A DNA stretch of 64,000 nt, taken from contig DIFQ01000059.1 of assembly GCA_002419215.1 (NCBI GenBank), forward strand, positions 2,220 through 66,219. Reading direction: 5' to 3'. Shown here in pieces: positions 44,279 through 53,256 of the stretch. The DNA is from Syntrophaceae bacterium UBA5744 (lineage in GTDB: Bacteria > Desulfobacterota > Syntrophia > Syntrophales > UBA2192). A model generated the notes under the pieces. It was not told the DNA's origin, did no database searches, and was given only the letters and a program-made list of their open reading frames with translations. Numbering within the stretch: position 1 is the stretch's first letter; every line of letters starts with the position of its first letter. Both the position numbers and the translations under genes were made by a program.

Positions 44279-44353
44279 TTCACCCTCACCCCGGCCCTCT
44301 CCCCTCGAGGGAGAGGGAGCCTGCAGGGTGAATTTCCCCCGGAGAGGGGGAAA
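44279..44353. repeat. TTCACCCTCACCCC..CTCTCCCCTCGAGGGAGAGGG nested hairpin repeat plus a second small hairpin
   Basis: Outer stem TTCACCCT/AGGGTGAA, inner stem CCCTCTCCCCTC/GAGGGAGAGGG, then TTTCCCCC-ggagag-GGGGAAA. Related copies lie at 54357-54408 and, inverted and diverged, at 39888-39962. Confidence 0.8.
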
Positions 44354-44359
44354 TAGATA

Positions 44360-44797
44360 TTAAAACACCTGCCAGCCGCTGTACATCCTCGCCATCTCGA
44401 TCACCCGGCTGTAAACCCGCTCCAGGGGTTTCCACTCCTCGGGAACGGCATAGCCCCAGCTCATGGGGAAGGTCGCTTCGCCCCCGCTGCCGGCCAGCGT
44501 GAGTTCGCGTATCAGTGCCTCGTTTCCTTTTTGCGGTTTCTTGTCGTTGAGCGGGTTTACCGAATCGGGCAGGATGCCGAACAGCGCCTTCCCGTCCTTG
44601 ACGGGCACCTTGTATTTCTTGCGCTGACCGCCCCAGGAGAGCAGCAGCTCGAACTCGTCTTCCTCGAACAGCGGCAGGTTGGCCCGCGTGAGCCGTATCT
44701 CCGCCACGGGGCCCAATTCCTTCAGTCGGACCCTGATCTCCGATGTTTCGAGCGCCTTCAGATCGATCTTGCCGGCAGGCTGTTTTCGACGGGCCAT
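44360..44797 (-). CDS. hypothetical protein (145 aa)
   Basis: Host-like codon usage. No family recognised. Confidence 0.6.
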   Translation of the reverse strand: MARRKQPAGKIDLKALETSEIRVRLKELGPVAEIRLTRANLPLFEEDEFELLLSWGGQRKKYKVPVKDGKALFGILPDSVNPLNDKKPQKGNEALIRELTLAGSGGEATFPMSWGYAVPEEWKPLERVYSRVIEMARMYSGWQVF

Positions 44798-44946
44798 ATC
44801 AATACACCCCCCCCGGGAAATGATTGGTCGTCAAATCAGGAAAAAGAACGTTACTCGATCCCTATCACAGCTCGAGGAAGAAGAGAAGGGTTCAGAATGA
44901 AGCGGGCGTGATATAATGATAATTATTGCGCTGCCGGCAGGAGAGA

Positions 44947-45840
44947 ATGAACGCAATGAGTTCACCCGGACGATTCGGTTATCTCTACGTTGCCCTGTCT
45001 GCGCTGCTGTTCGCCATCTCGGGGACGGCCTCCAAGTTCCTCTTTCTCCAGGGCGTCACACCGTATCAACTTGTCCAGATCCGCACGGTCATCGCCTCGG
45101 CGGTCCTCCTGGCATGGATTGCGATCGCGGATCCCTCCACCCTGAAGATCTCCCGGCAGAGCCTGCCCCGCTTCATCCTCCTGGGATTCGTGCTTGCGGC
45201 GACCATGTTCGCCTACTTCTACGCCATCAGCAAGATCCAGGTGGCGGCTGCGATCCTGCTCCAGTATCAGTCGCCGGTGCTCGTTGCCGCATACGCCCTG
45301 GCCTTTTCGGGAGAGCGACATTCCACTTCGACCCTTCTGGCCATTGCCGGCTCGGGCCTCGGCTGCTATCTGGCTGTCGGCGCCTATACGCTAGACCTGC
45401 TGAGCCTCAACAAAGCGGGGATCATCGGCGGACTGGGCGCGGCGGCCTTCCTGACCTGTTATACCTTCCTGAGCGAGTCGGCCCTGCATCGATACAAGCC
45501 CTGGACGGTTCTCTTCTATGCGTCGCTTTTCGCCGCCGCAGCCTGCAACATCCTGCTTTCGCCTTTCGAAGGGCTGACCCGATCCTACAACGCCACCCAG
45601 TGGTTCTGGATCCTGTTCATCAGCACAGCCGGCACGGCGGTTTCGCTGGGGCTCTACAACAAGGGCCTGCGCATGATCCGATCCACCCACGCCAGCGTCA
45701 CGGCAACCCTGCAGCCCATCGCCGCCACCGTCATCGCCTTCTTTTTTCTCGACGAAATCATGAGGCCCTGGCAGGTCGTGGGCGTTCTCCTCGTCGTCTC
45801 ATCCATCATTCTCCTGCAGGTCGGGAAAGAAAAGAGGTAG
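44947..45840 (+). CDS. EamA/DMT-family transporter
   Basis: Ten predicted TM helices in two EamA-like halves. Confidence 0.85.
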   Translation: MNAMSSPGRFGYLYVALSALLFAISGTASKFLFLQGVTPYQLVQIRTVIASAVLLAWIAIADPSTLKISRQSLPRFILLGFVLAATMFAYFYAISKIQVAAAILLQYQSPVLVAAYALAFSGERHSTSTLLAIAGSGLGCYLAVGAYTLDLLSLNKAGIIGGLGAAAFLTCYTFLSESALHRYKPWTVLFYASLFAAAACNILLSPFEGLTRSYNATQWFWILFISTAGTAVSLGLYNKGLRMIRSTHASVTATLQPIAATVIAFFFLDEIMRPWQVVGVLLVVSSIILLQVGKEKR

Positions 45841-45933
45841 ATGCACAGCCCTCAGCCAAACACCTCCATTTTTTCATACATCAAAGGAGATTCGGGGTCG
45901 AGAGGTAAACCCTTTCCGGGGGCTCTGAGCATA

Positions 45934-45956
45934 GGGTATCGGGTAAAGGGATCAGG
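45934..45956. repeat. short GGGTATC-type array
   Basis: GGGTATC GGGTAAA GGGATCA GG, between the convergent EamA and protease genes. Confidence 0.7.
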
Positions 45957-45991
45957 AATGCCCCTCACAGGCCACGCGCTACACGCTTCTT

Positions 45992-47083
45992 TTAATGTGC
46001 CGCGGCGTCGCGTGCCGCCGTTGTAGCGAGGATGCTCGTATCAAGGGTTTCCGGGGCGGCCAGCTGCGAAAGCGGGTAGGGATTTTTCACGGCGAGAGCC
46101 GACAGCCGGGCCGCCGGGGTGGCAAACCCCAGCCGGTTGTCCTGCTTGTCGCCCCCCCAGAAGATCGCAACCACCTCGCCCCGCGAATTGCAGACGGGGC
46201 TTCCGCTTGCCCCGTAGGTCAACGGCGTGGCAAGGCGGATCCCCATCCAGGGATGGGTAGACGAGGGGGCAAGGGTCCCTTCGGCCAGGGCCTCGGTGAA
46301 GACCTTGTGGCGGCTGACGACTAAAACCCGGTCGCCCGCATCGGAGGAGACGTTCACGGTCAGGGCCCTCACGTCGTCCCGGGGGATGCCCGTTGCAAGC
46401 ACGATGAGGTCGTTTGCGGCATCCTCGGCCGCGATGCCGCGCACGGGGTATCTCTGGCCCTGGTGCGTGACGATCTCGGCATGGTCCACCCCGCGCATCA
46501 CGTGATGGTTGGTAACCACAAGGCCCTCGCCACCGTAGAAAAACCCCGTGCCGTAGCCCTTGCCGGGGCAGCTGACGAGAACGACGGAGGGCGCGACCTT
46601 GCGCTGGAGATCCTGGTCGGTGAGCGCATAAACGGTCTCCCGCTGCGGTGTCGTCATCTTCACAACGACCCTCTGGGCGGCATTCTTGACCCGCTTGGCA
46701 AACTGGTACTCGCGGCTGCCGCTGAGGAACTCGCGCAGCGATGAGAAATGATGACCGGCGACGCTGCAGGTGATGATGCCGAGGACGATGACCATGGACA
46801 GCACGACGCGGCGGCGCAGGAGCTTCCTGAGTCTCCGGTAGAAGAGCACCGTGAGCAGGATGGTGATGTAGAACGGCCCCCGGATGATGATGGAGGGCTT
46901 CTGGGTCATCTCGATGGCTTCGCGCAGGATGAAATAGTCGCACCAGGCGAAGGCGAACCCCATGAGGGCAAGGACCGCGCCGAGGAAAAACAGGGCCCTG
47001 CGGCTGAAAGATTCCCTCAGCTTCCGGTAGAAGATCACAGCGAACAGGAGTGTGGTGAGAAAAAACGCCGCAACGATGATCAC
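45992..47083 (-). CDS. membrane-anchored trypsin-like (S1) serine protease
   Basis: N-terminal TM region with an internal repeat (FYRKLR../FYRRLRK..). Triad contexts VVTNHHV, ANDLIVL, GASGSPV. Confidence 0.8.
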   Translation of the reverse strand: MIIVAAFFLTTLLFAVIFYRKLRESFSRRALFFLGAVLALMGFAFAWCDYFILREAIEMTQKPSIIIRGPFYITILLTVLFYRRLRKLLRRRVVLSMVIVLGIITCSVAGHHFSSLREFLSGSREYQFAKRVKNAAQRVVVKMTTPQRETVYALTDQDLQRKVAPSVVLVSCPGKGYGTGFFYGGEGLVVTNHHVMRGVDHAEIVTHQGQRYPVRGIAAEDAANDLIVLATGIPRDDVRALTVNVSSDAGDRVLVVSRHKVFTEALAEGTLAPSSTHPWMGIRLATPLTYGASGSPVCNSRGEVVAIFWGGDKQDNRLGFATPAARLSALAVKNPYPLSQLAAPETLDTSILATTAARDAAAH

Positions 47084-47284
47084 CCGGGCCTCCGCCTAAA
47101 TACCGTTTTGGATGGAACCCTCCCGCAGCGGGCGGCTCCCTTATCTCTTATCGGCAGAGTTCGACGGAAATTGAGGGAAAAGCAATCGGTTGGAGGGAAA
47201 CCACTACGCGGCGGGCATCAGGAACCCGAAGCCCGCAGACGACCCCCCTTTGGCTCCCACCTTATGACTCAGGTGGATCCTGAC

Positions 47285-47320
47285 GGGATAGACTGAATAG
47301 ACGGAACAGACCGAATAGAC
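47285..47320. repeat. nonamer array (NGAAYAGAC x4)
   Basis: GGGATAGAC TGAATAGAC GGAACAGAC CGAATAGAC, ending 9 nt before the stop of protease gene 47329..48636. Confidence 0.9.
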
Positions 47321-47328
47321 TCTTGATT

Positions 47329-48636
47329 TTAGCGCTGCGCCCTCAGCTTGGCCGCCTGGCGGAAATATTCCTGGGCAATATCCTGGCGGCCCCGCTTCTG
47401 CTGGATGATGCCCATCTGCTCGAGACAGACCGCCATGCCCTGCGCCTCCCCCAGGCCCCGGAAGATCTGGAGGGCTCTTTCGAATTGGCCGAAAGCGATT
47501 TCCTGGCGATCGAAGCTCATATTGTGCCTCGCCTTGTCGAGAAGGTCGGCCGCTTCGCCGAGCTGCTGTTCGCGCCACCGCCTGCGCTCCTCCTGGACCC
47601 TTGCCTGCTGTTCCAGGACCCTGCGCCGTTCCTCTTCCATCCTGCGCTGCACATCGCCCGGCTGCGGCACCGGATCGCCTACCACCACCCCTTGCCCGGC
47701 GTAAAGGACGGGAAGGCTCGCCACGGGGAATGGAGAGGCTGGGGTCAGGCCCGAGATGATTTCCCCCGGCACGGCGATCCCGATGTGGGAGGCCTGACGG
47801 TGGACGCGCGTCGCGATGCCGACAACCTCACCCTTCGTGTTCACAACGGGGCTCCCGCTCGAGCCCGGGGAGATAGGCGCCGAGATCTGGATCAGCCGCT
47901 TGCCGCCGGCCACCGGGCGAATCGCGGAAACGAGGCCGTCGGTGATGGTCTGCGCCAGTTGGGGGTGGTAGGGAGTCCCGATGACCACGATCTTGTCGCC
48001 CACCTGCGGAAGGGAAGGGGTCATTTTGAGGGTCCGGATGCTGTCAATGGGCAGGACAGCGGACAGGATGACGACATCGTTCTCCGCGTCGGAGGCGGCG
48101 ATTCCCCTGATGTCCATCGTCGCGCCGCTTTTCGTCTTGATCTTGAGTGACGACGCCCCCTCGACGACATGATAATTGGTTGCCACCATCCCCCAGGGAT
48201 CGATGAAAAACCCCGTCCCGTGACCGCGTATCTGCCCGGATTCATTGATGTTGTATACCACGACGACGGAAGGGCTGACCCTCTCATAGATCTCCTGCAC
48301 GCTCAGGGCACCCTCCCCTGCCGTCGTCTGCCTCAAAGGGGCGCCGGGGGTTGCGTCGTTGGGGGTGATGACGGTCTGCACGGGCACTTCGGCATCGGGA
48401 AGGTCCGCCTTGCCTGCCGAGACGGCTGCCGTGCCCGCCTTGCCTCTGTCCGCAAACCCCATCCAGGCGGCAGCGCCGGAGAGACCCACGATGATCGCCA
48501 GCAGGACAGCCATGCCGCCGGCGCTGAGCGCCTCCTTGAGCTTGTTGAAGAAAAGGACAACGAATAACAGCAGGATCAGGATGAGGCCGATGAGGATTTT
48601 CAGCATCTTCTGCGCTCCGGTTTCAATGGCAGGCAA
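47329..48636 (-). CDS. membrane-anchored trypsin-like (S1) serine protease with C-terminal coiled-coil/TPR-like tail
   Basis: Two N-terminal TM helices. Triad contexts VATNYHVV, ENDVVIL, PGSSGSPVV. Arg/Glu-rich coiled coil and a TPR-like end. Confidence 0.8.
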   Translation of the reverse strand: MPAIETGAQKMLKILIGLILILLLFVVLFFNKLKEALSAGGMAVLLAIIVGLSGAAAWMGFADRGKAGTAAVSAGKADLPDAEVPVQTVITPNDATPGAPLRQTTAGEGALSVQEIYERVSPSVVVVYNINESGQIRGHGTGFFIDPWGMVATNYHVVEGASSLKIKTKSGATMDIRGIAASDAENDVVILSAVLPIDSIRTLKMTPSLPQVGDKIVVIGTPYHPQLAQTITDGLVSAIRPVAGGKRLIQISAPISPGSSGSPVVNTKGEVVGIATRVHRQASHIGIAVPGEIISGLTPASPFPVASLPVLYAGQGVVVGDPVPQPGDVQRRMEEERRRVLEQQARVQEERRRWREQQLGEAADLLDKARHNMSFDRQEIAFGQFERALQIFRGLGEAQGMAVCLEQMGIIQQKRGRQDIAQEYFRQAAKLRAQR

Positions 48637-48859
48637 GGGGTCGTTCCTCGAATACCCGCCGGCCTCGGAAAGGAATCCACTGTTTATTGTCGGCTGATTC
48701 CAGATAAAATTTAGGGCGTGCCGTTGAAGTAATCCTGATGCGGAATGGTTTCATGGGAAGGGGAGCCCGAATAAAGCAGACAGGCCCCAAAAGGCGAGGT
48801 TGATTTTGAACTACGCAGGGTATGCAAAAACCTGCGAATAATGCTGCAGGCAAGGCTCT

Positions 48860-48920
48860 GGTCTGTTCTGTCTATTCGATCTGCTCCTTCACTTCCTTCA
48901 CTGTTGCCACTTCTGTCACT
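48860..48920. repeat. inverted nonamer array (GTCTRTTCN x2) plus (NNNNTCACT)x4 array
   Basis: GGTCTGTTCTGTCTATTCG is the reverse complement of the GAAYAGAC units at 47285-47320. It is followed by CTCCTTCACT TCCTTCACT GTTGCCACT TCTGTCACT. Confidence 0.85.
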
Positions 48921-48934
48921 GCCGCAATGCGGCA

Positions 48935-49390
48935 TCACTTGAACTCCCCCGTCTCGTCGAATGGGATCCGGAAGGACGGGGCGCCCGTGTGAATCGACCC
49001 CTTGAGCCGGTACTTGAATCCCGAGGCGTAGCTTCCCTTCTTGGCCTCGGAGAGTTGCCGCAGGATGCTGATGAGCCCCGTGTAGGCATCCACCTGGACG
49101 AGTTGGGTGCTCAGGCGCTCGACCTTCAGGCTCTGGTTGGAGACCCCCCGGGCGAAGGGCTGCCCGTTGATCTCGAGTTCGAAGGACATGCCGGTGATGT
49201 CCAGGTCCGTCTCGGTGGGGTTCTGGATGCGGAGTTCCATCAGGAACGTCTGCTCCAGGAGCCGCATCTCTTTCGGCGTGACGTTCACGATGTCGACGTG
49301 GGGCTTCTCCCCCATCCAGAACAGCGAGGCGCATCCGGAAACCAGGACCACAAGGATCACGATCCAGGCCGAAACAACGTGTCTCCTCAT
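48935..49390 (-). CDS. LEA_2 (late-embryogenesis-abundant type 2 / WHy-like) lipoprotein
   Basis: Lipobox VLVSGC. Beta-sandwich-type sequence (LELRIQNPT..DLDITGMSFELEINGQPFA). Confidence 0.7.
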   Translation of the reverse strand: MRRHVVSAWIVILVVLVSGCASLFWMGEKPHVDIVNVTPKEMRLLEQTFLMELRIQNPTETDLDITGMSFELEINGQPFARGVSNQSLKVERLSTQLVQVDAYTGLISILRQLSEAKKGSYASGFKYRLKGSIHTGAPSFRIPFDETGEFK

Positions 49391-49499
49391 ATCTTCCGCC
49401 TCCTTTCTCATCCTTTGAACGAAAATTAGATTACCAGAAATCAACCGGGAATGAAACAGAGGACAATGAAGACCCCTGGGACGATTCCGGCCAGTCATC

Positions 49500-50501
49500 T
49501 CAGTTCATCGGCCTGACTGCCAGACCGCCTCGCTCCCTTTCCGTCAGCAGGCACCCCTCCAGGCATCGCGGACCGCAGGACCCATCGCAGGGTTCGATGT
49601 GGGTGGTGACGCTCGCGCCGGGGAAACGCTCCCGGATCTCCCGGGCAAACTCCTGCGTGATGCGGTGGGAGGCCTCGACGGTCATCCCCGAGTCCACCTT
49701 GATGTGAACCTCGACGAAGCGGAAATGCCCGGACTTCCGGGTTCGCAGCTGGTGGTAGCCCTTCACGACGGGTTTTCGCTGCAGGATCAACGATTCGATC
49801 CACGCGATCTCTTCGCCCGGCAGCTGGGCGTCCAGGAGATCGCGCGCCGACTGCCTCGTCAGGTCCCAGGCCGCCTTGATGATGAGCAGGGCGACCCCGA
49901 TGCCCGCCGCGGGGTCCACCCAGTGCAGATCGACCTCCGGGGCAAAGATATCCGCGGCCCAGATCACGGCCAGGGCGGCCATGACGCCGGCCGAGGTATA
50001 CACGTCGGTCCGCAGGTGCCACCCGTCGGCAATCAGGGCAACCGAATCGGTCTCCTTCCCCACCTGGAAGAGCTTCCGGGAGACGAACGTGTTGACGACA
50101 GCCGACAGCAGCATGACGGCGACGCCCCATGCGGCCATCCCCAGGGGCTCCGGACGGATGATCTTCTGCGCCGCCTCGTAGAGGATCCAGCCGGCGGCCA
50201 GAAAAATGAGGATGGCCTCGACGGTCCCGGAAATGTTCTCGATCTTGCCGTGCCCGAAGGGGTGCTCCCGGTCGGCGGGGATGCCCGAGGTGCGGACGGA
50301 ATACCAGGCGATCCCGGAGGCAACGAGATCGACGCCGGAGTGGATCGCCTCGGAAATGACGGAAACGGCGCCGATCGCAAGGCCCACGGCAAGCTTCAGC
50401 ACGACGAGCGTCGTGTTGGAGATGACCGAAAGCAGCGCAACCTGCCTTTTCCTCTGATCCGCTTCCAAGATAGGGGGCTCCATCGTCTGACGAATCATCA
50501 T
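49500..50501 (-). CDS. cation diffusion facilitator (CDF) family transporter
   Basis: Six TM helices with HSGVD and HLRTD metal-site motifs. C-terminal cytoplasmic domain. Confidence 0.9.
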   Translation of the reverse strand: MMIRQTMEPPILEADQRKRQVALLSVISNTTLVVLKLAVGLAIGAVSVISEAIHSGVDLVASGIAWYSVRTSGIPADREHPFGHGKIENISGTVEAILIFLAAGWILYEAAQKIIRPEPLGMAAWGVAVMLLSAVVNTFVSRKLFQVGKETDSVALIADGWHLRTDVYTSAGVMAALAVIWAADIFAPEVDLHWVDPAAGIGVALLIIKAAWDLTRQSARDLLDAQLPGEEIAWIESLILQRKPVVKGYHQLRTRKSGHFRFVEVHIKVDSGMTVEASHRITQEFAREIRERFPGASVTTHIEPCDGSCGPRCLEGCLLTERERGGLAVRPMN

Positions 50502-50611
50502 ACCCGACCGGACCGTCCGGGAAAAGAGATTTTCCCCTTCTTACGGCTTGCTTTTTCGGGGCCCCTTCCGTATGTTTCCGGCAGGCTTCGTATCAGGCGG
50601 GTGGCAACAAC

Positions 50612-51847
50612 ATGATCAGCAACGAAAAGAAAATCATCCTCTTTCCCGTGGCATCCCACTTTCTGTTCCACTTCTACGAGATCGCCTTCCCTGCGCTCGC
50701 CATCCCGCTGACGCTGTCGCTGAACATGAGCCTCAAGGACGTCCTCGCACTGGGATTCCCCATGTACCTCATGTTCGGCCTCTGCGCGCTTCCCTGGGGT
50801 TTTTTTGCCGATCACACGAGCAACCGTCTCGCCCTCATGATCGGTTTTTTCGGCTGCGCCGCGGGTTCCTTCCTCACGGCCTTCTCATCGACCCCCTCGG
50901 GGATCCTGTGGTCGCTTGCGTTGATCGGGGTCTTCTCCTGCATCTGCCACCCGGCCGGCATGGGACTCATCTCCCACGGGGCGAAAAACCGGGGGCAGGC
51001 CCTGGGTATTTTCAGCGTGGCGGGAACCGTCGGGCTCATCACGGGGCCTTTCCTGGCGGGGCTCATGAACTGGCTGGCGGGCTGGAAGGTGGCCTACGCC
51101 GTCATGGGCGCCGTGAGCCTCCTGTGGGGCATAGCACTCATCTTTATCCAGATCGACGAAACCCCCGTCACACAGGAAAGCGCCCCTGCCGGCGGCGGGA
51201 GGAACAACAACTCCTTCCCGTTGGGGACCGTCATCCTCTTCTTCTGGATTGTCACGCTGGGAGGCCTCGTCTACCGGATCAACATCGTGGCCCTGCCGGC
51301 CTTCCTCGAGTTCAAGGCGGGGTTCCTCTCGCGGGCCTTCCACGATATTCTGAATATCCCGGACATGGCGGCCACGACGACGATGGCTGCCGCCACCCTG
51401 ACCTCCCTGATCTATGTCGCGGGAATCTTCGGCCAGCTCTGGGGAGGCCGGATCGCCGATCGCCACGAGCTGAAGCGGCTCTACATCATCTTCAACGCCG
51501 CCATCCTGCCCCTGGCGCTCTTCATGGCTTTCCTCACGGAGCAGTACCTGGTCGCCGCGGCAGCGGCCTACGTGTTCTTTGCATTGGGGATCCAGCCCAT
51601 CGAGAACAGCCTCATCGCAACCTTCACCCCCCCGCGCTGGCGCAGCACGGGATACGGCCTTGCGGCCATCCTGATCTTCGGCGTGGGGGCGCTTGCGGTC
51701 TACCTCGTCGGCTGGGTCTCGACGCGCTGGTCGCTGGGAACGGTCTACCTCTTCTCGAGCGCCCTGCTCGCGCTCATCGTCGTAAACATCGTCTTCCTGT
51801 TCCGTGCGACGCGCGGGCGAGATCTGCACAACAGGCGCCTGTCCTGA
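50612..51847 (+). CDS. MFS transporter
   Basis: 411 aa, 12 predicted TM helices in two six-helix halves. Confidence 0.88.
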   Translation: MISNEKKIILFPVASHFLFHFYEIAFPALAIPLTLSLNMSLKDVLALGFPMYLMFGLCALPWGFFADHTSNRLALMIGFFGCAAGSFLTAFSSTPSGILWSLALIGVFSCICHPAGMGLISHGAKNRGQALGIFSVAGTVGLITGPFLAGLMNWLAGWKVAYAVMGAVSLLWGIALIFIQIDETPVTQESAPAGGGRNNNSFPLGTVILFFWIVTLGGLVYRINIVALPAFLEFKAGFLSRAFHDILNIPDMAATTTMAAATLTSLIYVAGIFGQLWGGRIADRHELKRLYIIFNAAILPLALFMAFLTEQYLVAAAAAYVFFALGIQPIENSLIATFTPPRWRSTGYGLAAILIFGVGALAVYLVGWVSTRWSLGTVYLFSSALLALIVVNIVFLFRATRGRDLHNRRLS

Positions 51848-51876
51848 TCGCAGGGATGTCGGATCGTGGCGGGATC

Positions 51877-52299
51877 TCAGGAGCTTGCGGCCGAGAGCTT
51901 CACCCGCTCCCCGCCGATCTCCAGGGTGGTCTTGGAGTACGTGTATTTCTTGATGATCAACCCGTCCCGGAAGTGCATCACGTCTACGCCGCGGCGCCTC
52001 TCGGGCTTGCCCTCGCGGCCCTTCTCCGTGGATGGCCAATCGAGGGACCAGCGGAAGAGGACCTTTTCGGCCTTCTCGTCGACAAAGAGATCCTCCGTCG
52101 TGAATCGAAAGCCGCCGTGACAGGCGAACCAGGGCGCCCAGGCCTGCCGCAGGGCCTCTTTGCCCCTGACGCGGCCTGACGTCCAGTTCTCGAACTCCAC
52201 CTCGTCGTGGAGGAGTTCCATGACGCGATCGAGGTCATGATCGTTCCAGGCGTCGTTCCAGCGGGACAACCGCTCAATGATCTGTTCTCTATCCAGCAT
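51877..52299 (-). CDS. SnoaL-like / NTF2-fold protein
   Basis: RWNDAWNDHDLDRVMELLHDEV.FENW is a typical SnoaL-like N terminus. Confidence 0.8.
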   Translation of the reverse strand: MLDREQIIERLSRWNDAWNDHDLDRVMELLHDEVEFENWTSGRVRGKEALRQAWAPWFACHGGFRFTTEDLFVDEKAEKVLFRWSLDWPSTEKGREGKPERRRGVDVMHFRDGLIIKKYTYSKTTLEIGGERVKLSAASS

Positions 52300-52328
52300 C
52301 GCAGCCTGCCTGGTCTGAGCAGCCCAAA

Positions 52329-52435
52329 GGGTATCGGGTATCGGGGCTCAGGTATCGGGATGGAATAGGATTTTGTCTATAAATCATCTTCTTCCTTCCC
52401 TATACCCTATACCCTATACCCTATACCCTATACCC
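52329..52435. repeat. GGGTATC/CCCTATA heptamer hairpin between two minus-strand genes
   Basis: GGGTATCGGGTATCGGGGCTCAGGTATCGGG - ATGGAATAGGATTTTGTCTATAAATCATCTTCTTCCTTC - (CCCTATA)x5 CCC. The spacer is homologous to that of 34718-34831. Confidence 0.9.
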
Positions 52436-52457
52436 GGTGCCCTGAAGCAGGCTTTGC

Positions 52458-52832
52458 CTACTTCAGAATGAGCTTCGAATCCGGGGCCTGTGCGTTGGGA
52501 ACGATGATGCGCGACTGCTCCTGGCGCTGCGCCTCCTTGATTTCTTCGGCCAGCTTTGCCAGGAACTGATCCATCACTTCGGGGAATTTCTCGGCCGCTT
52601 CCTGGAGGTTTTTCGCCTCGATGGGAAACTGGACCGGCAGAGGCCCCTGGGGGGACATGATATTCGTCTGCCCGACGAAGACGTATTTGCGCGTCTTGTC
52701 GATCTCGCCGTTGGGCTTGACGGGCGTGAGCTGGCGGACGGCCGCAGTGCGCATGTCCGTGTACATCTCTTCCTTGTAGAGGTTCTGCAGGTTGACCTTG
52801 ACCTTGCCCTTTGGTGTATCTTCCATGTTCAT
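52458..52832 (-). CDS. hypothetical protein (124 aa)
   Basis: GGAG SD before ATG 52832. Host-like codon usage. No family recognised. Confidence 0.62.
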   Translation of the reverse strand: MNMEDTPKGKVKVNLQNLYKEEMYTDMRTAAVRQLTPVKPNGEIDKTRKYVFVGQTNIMSPQGPLPVQFPIEAKNLQEAAEKFPEVMDQFLAKLAEEIKEAQRQEQSRIIVPNAQAPDSKLILK

Positions 52833-52948
52833 GATTTCTCCTTGCAGTTCGGTCCGGAAACGTACGTGATGCCGCTCAATAGCACATTCCCTGCCCCGGG
52901 ACAATCATTTGGTTGCGCGTCAGGGCCGGTGACATATCCGGAGGTAAG

Positions 52949-53058
52949 CCCCCGGTTCAAGATTGCGAAGTGAGGAAGTTAGGAAGAGCAGAAGATCGGA
53001 GTGGATGTCCGGATCATTTCTTTATCCGCTCATCCTCGCTTCCGCTCTTCCGATCTTC
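52949..53058 (+). repeat. diverged GAAGAG-hairpin element, copy C
   Basis: CCCCCGGTTCAAGATTGCGAAGTGAGGAAGTTAGGAAGAGCAGAAGATCGGAGTGGATG..CCGCTCTTCCGATCTTC aligns with copy B at roughly 80% by eye. Confidence 0.75.
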
Positions 53059-53102
53059 GTGAATTCGACGTCCCCGCGGCTCGCGACGGGGAAAGACGGT
53101 TT

Positions 53103-53140
53103 CCCTATACCCTACACCCTCGTCCCTGGTCCCTAGTCCC
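53103..53140. repeat. heptamer array (CCCTNNN x6)
   Basis: CCCTATA CCCTACA CCCTCGT CCCTGGT CCCTAGT CCC. Confidence 0.85.
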
Positions 53141-53256
53141 TTTCTTCTACAATGGCCGCAGGCCTGCGCTGCTTCGCGCTCGCCATCGTCTTTGAGACTC
53201 GAATCATCGTCATGGCGCGGCAGCGCCAAAGGGCGTCGAGATGGGTGCCGCCCTTC

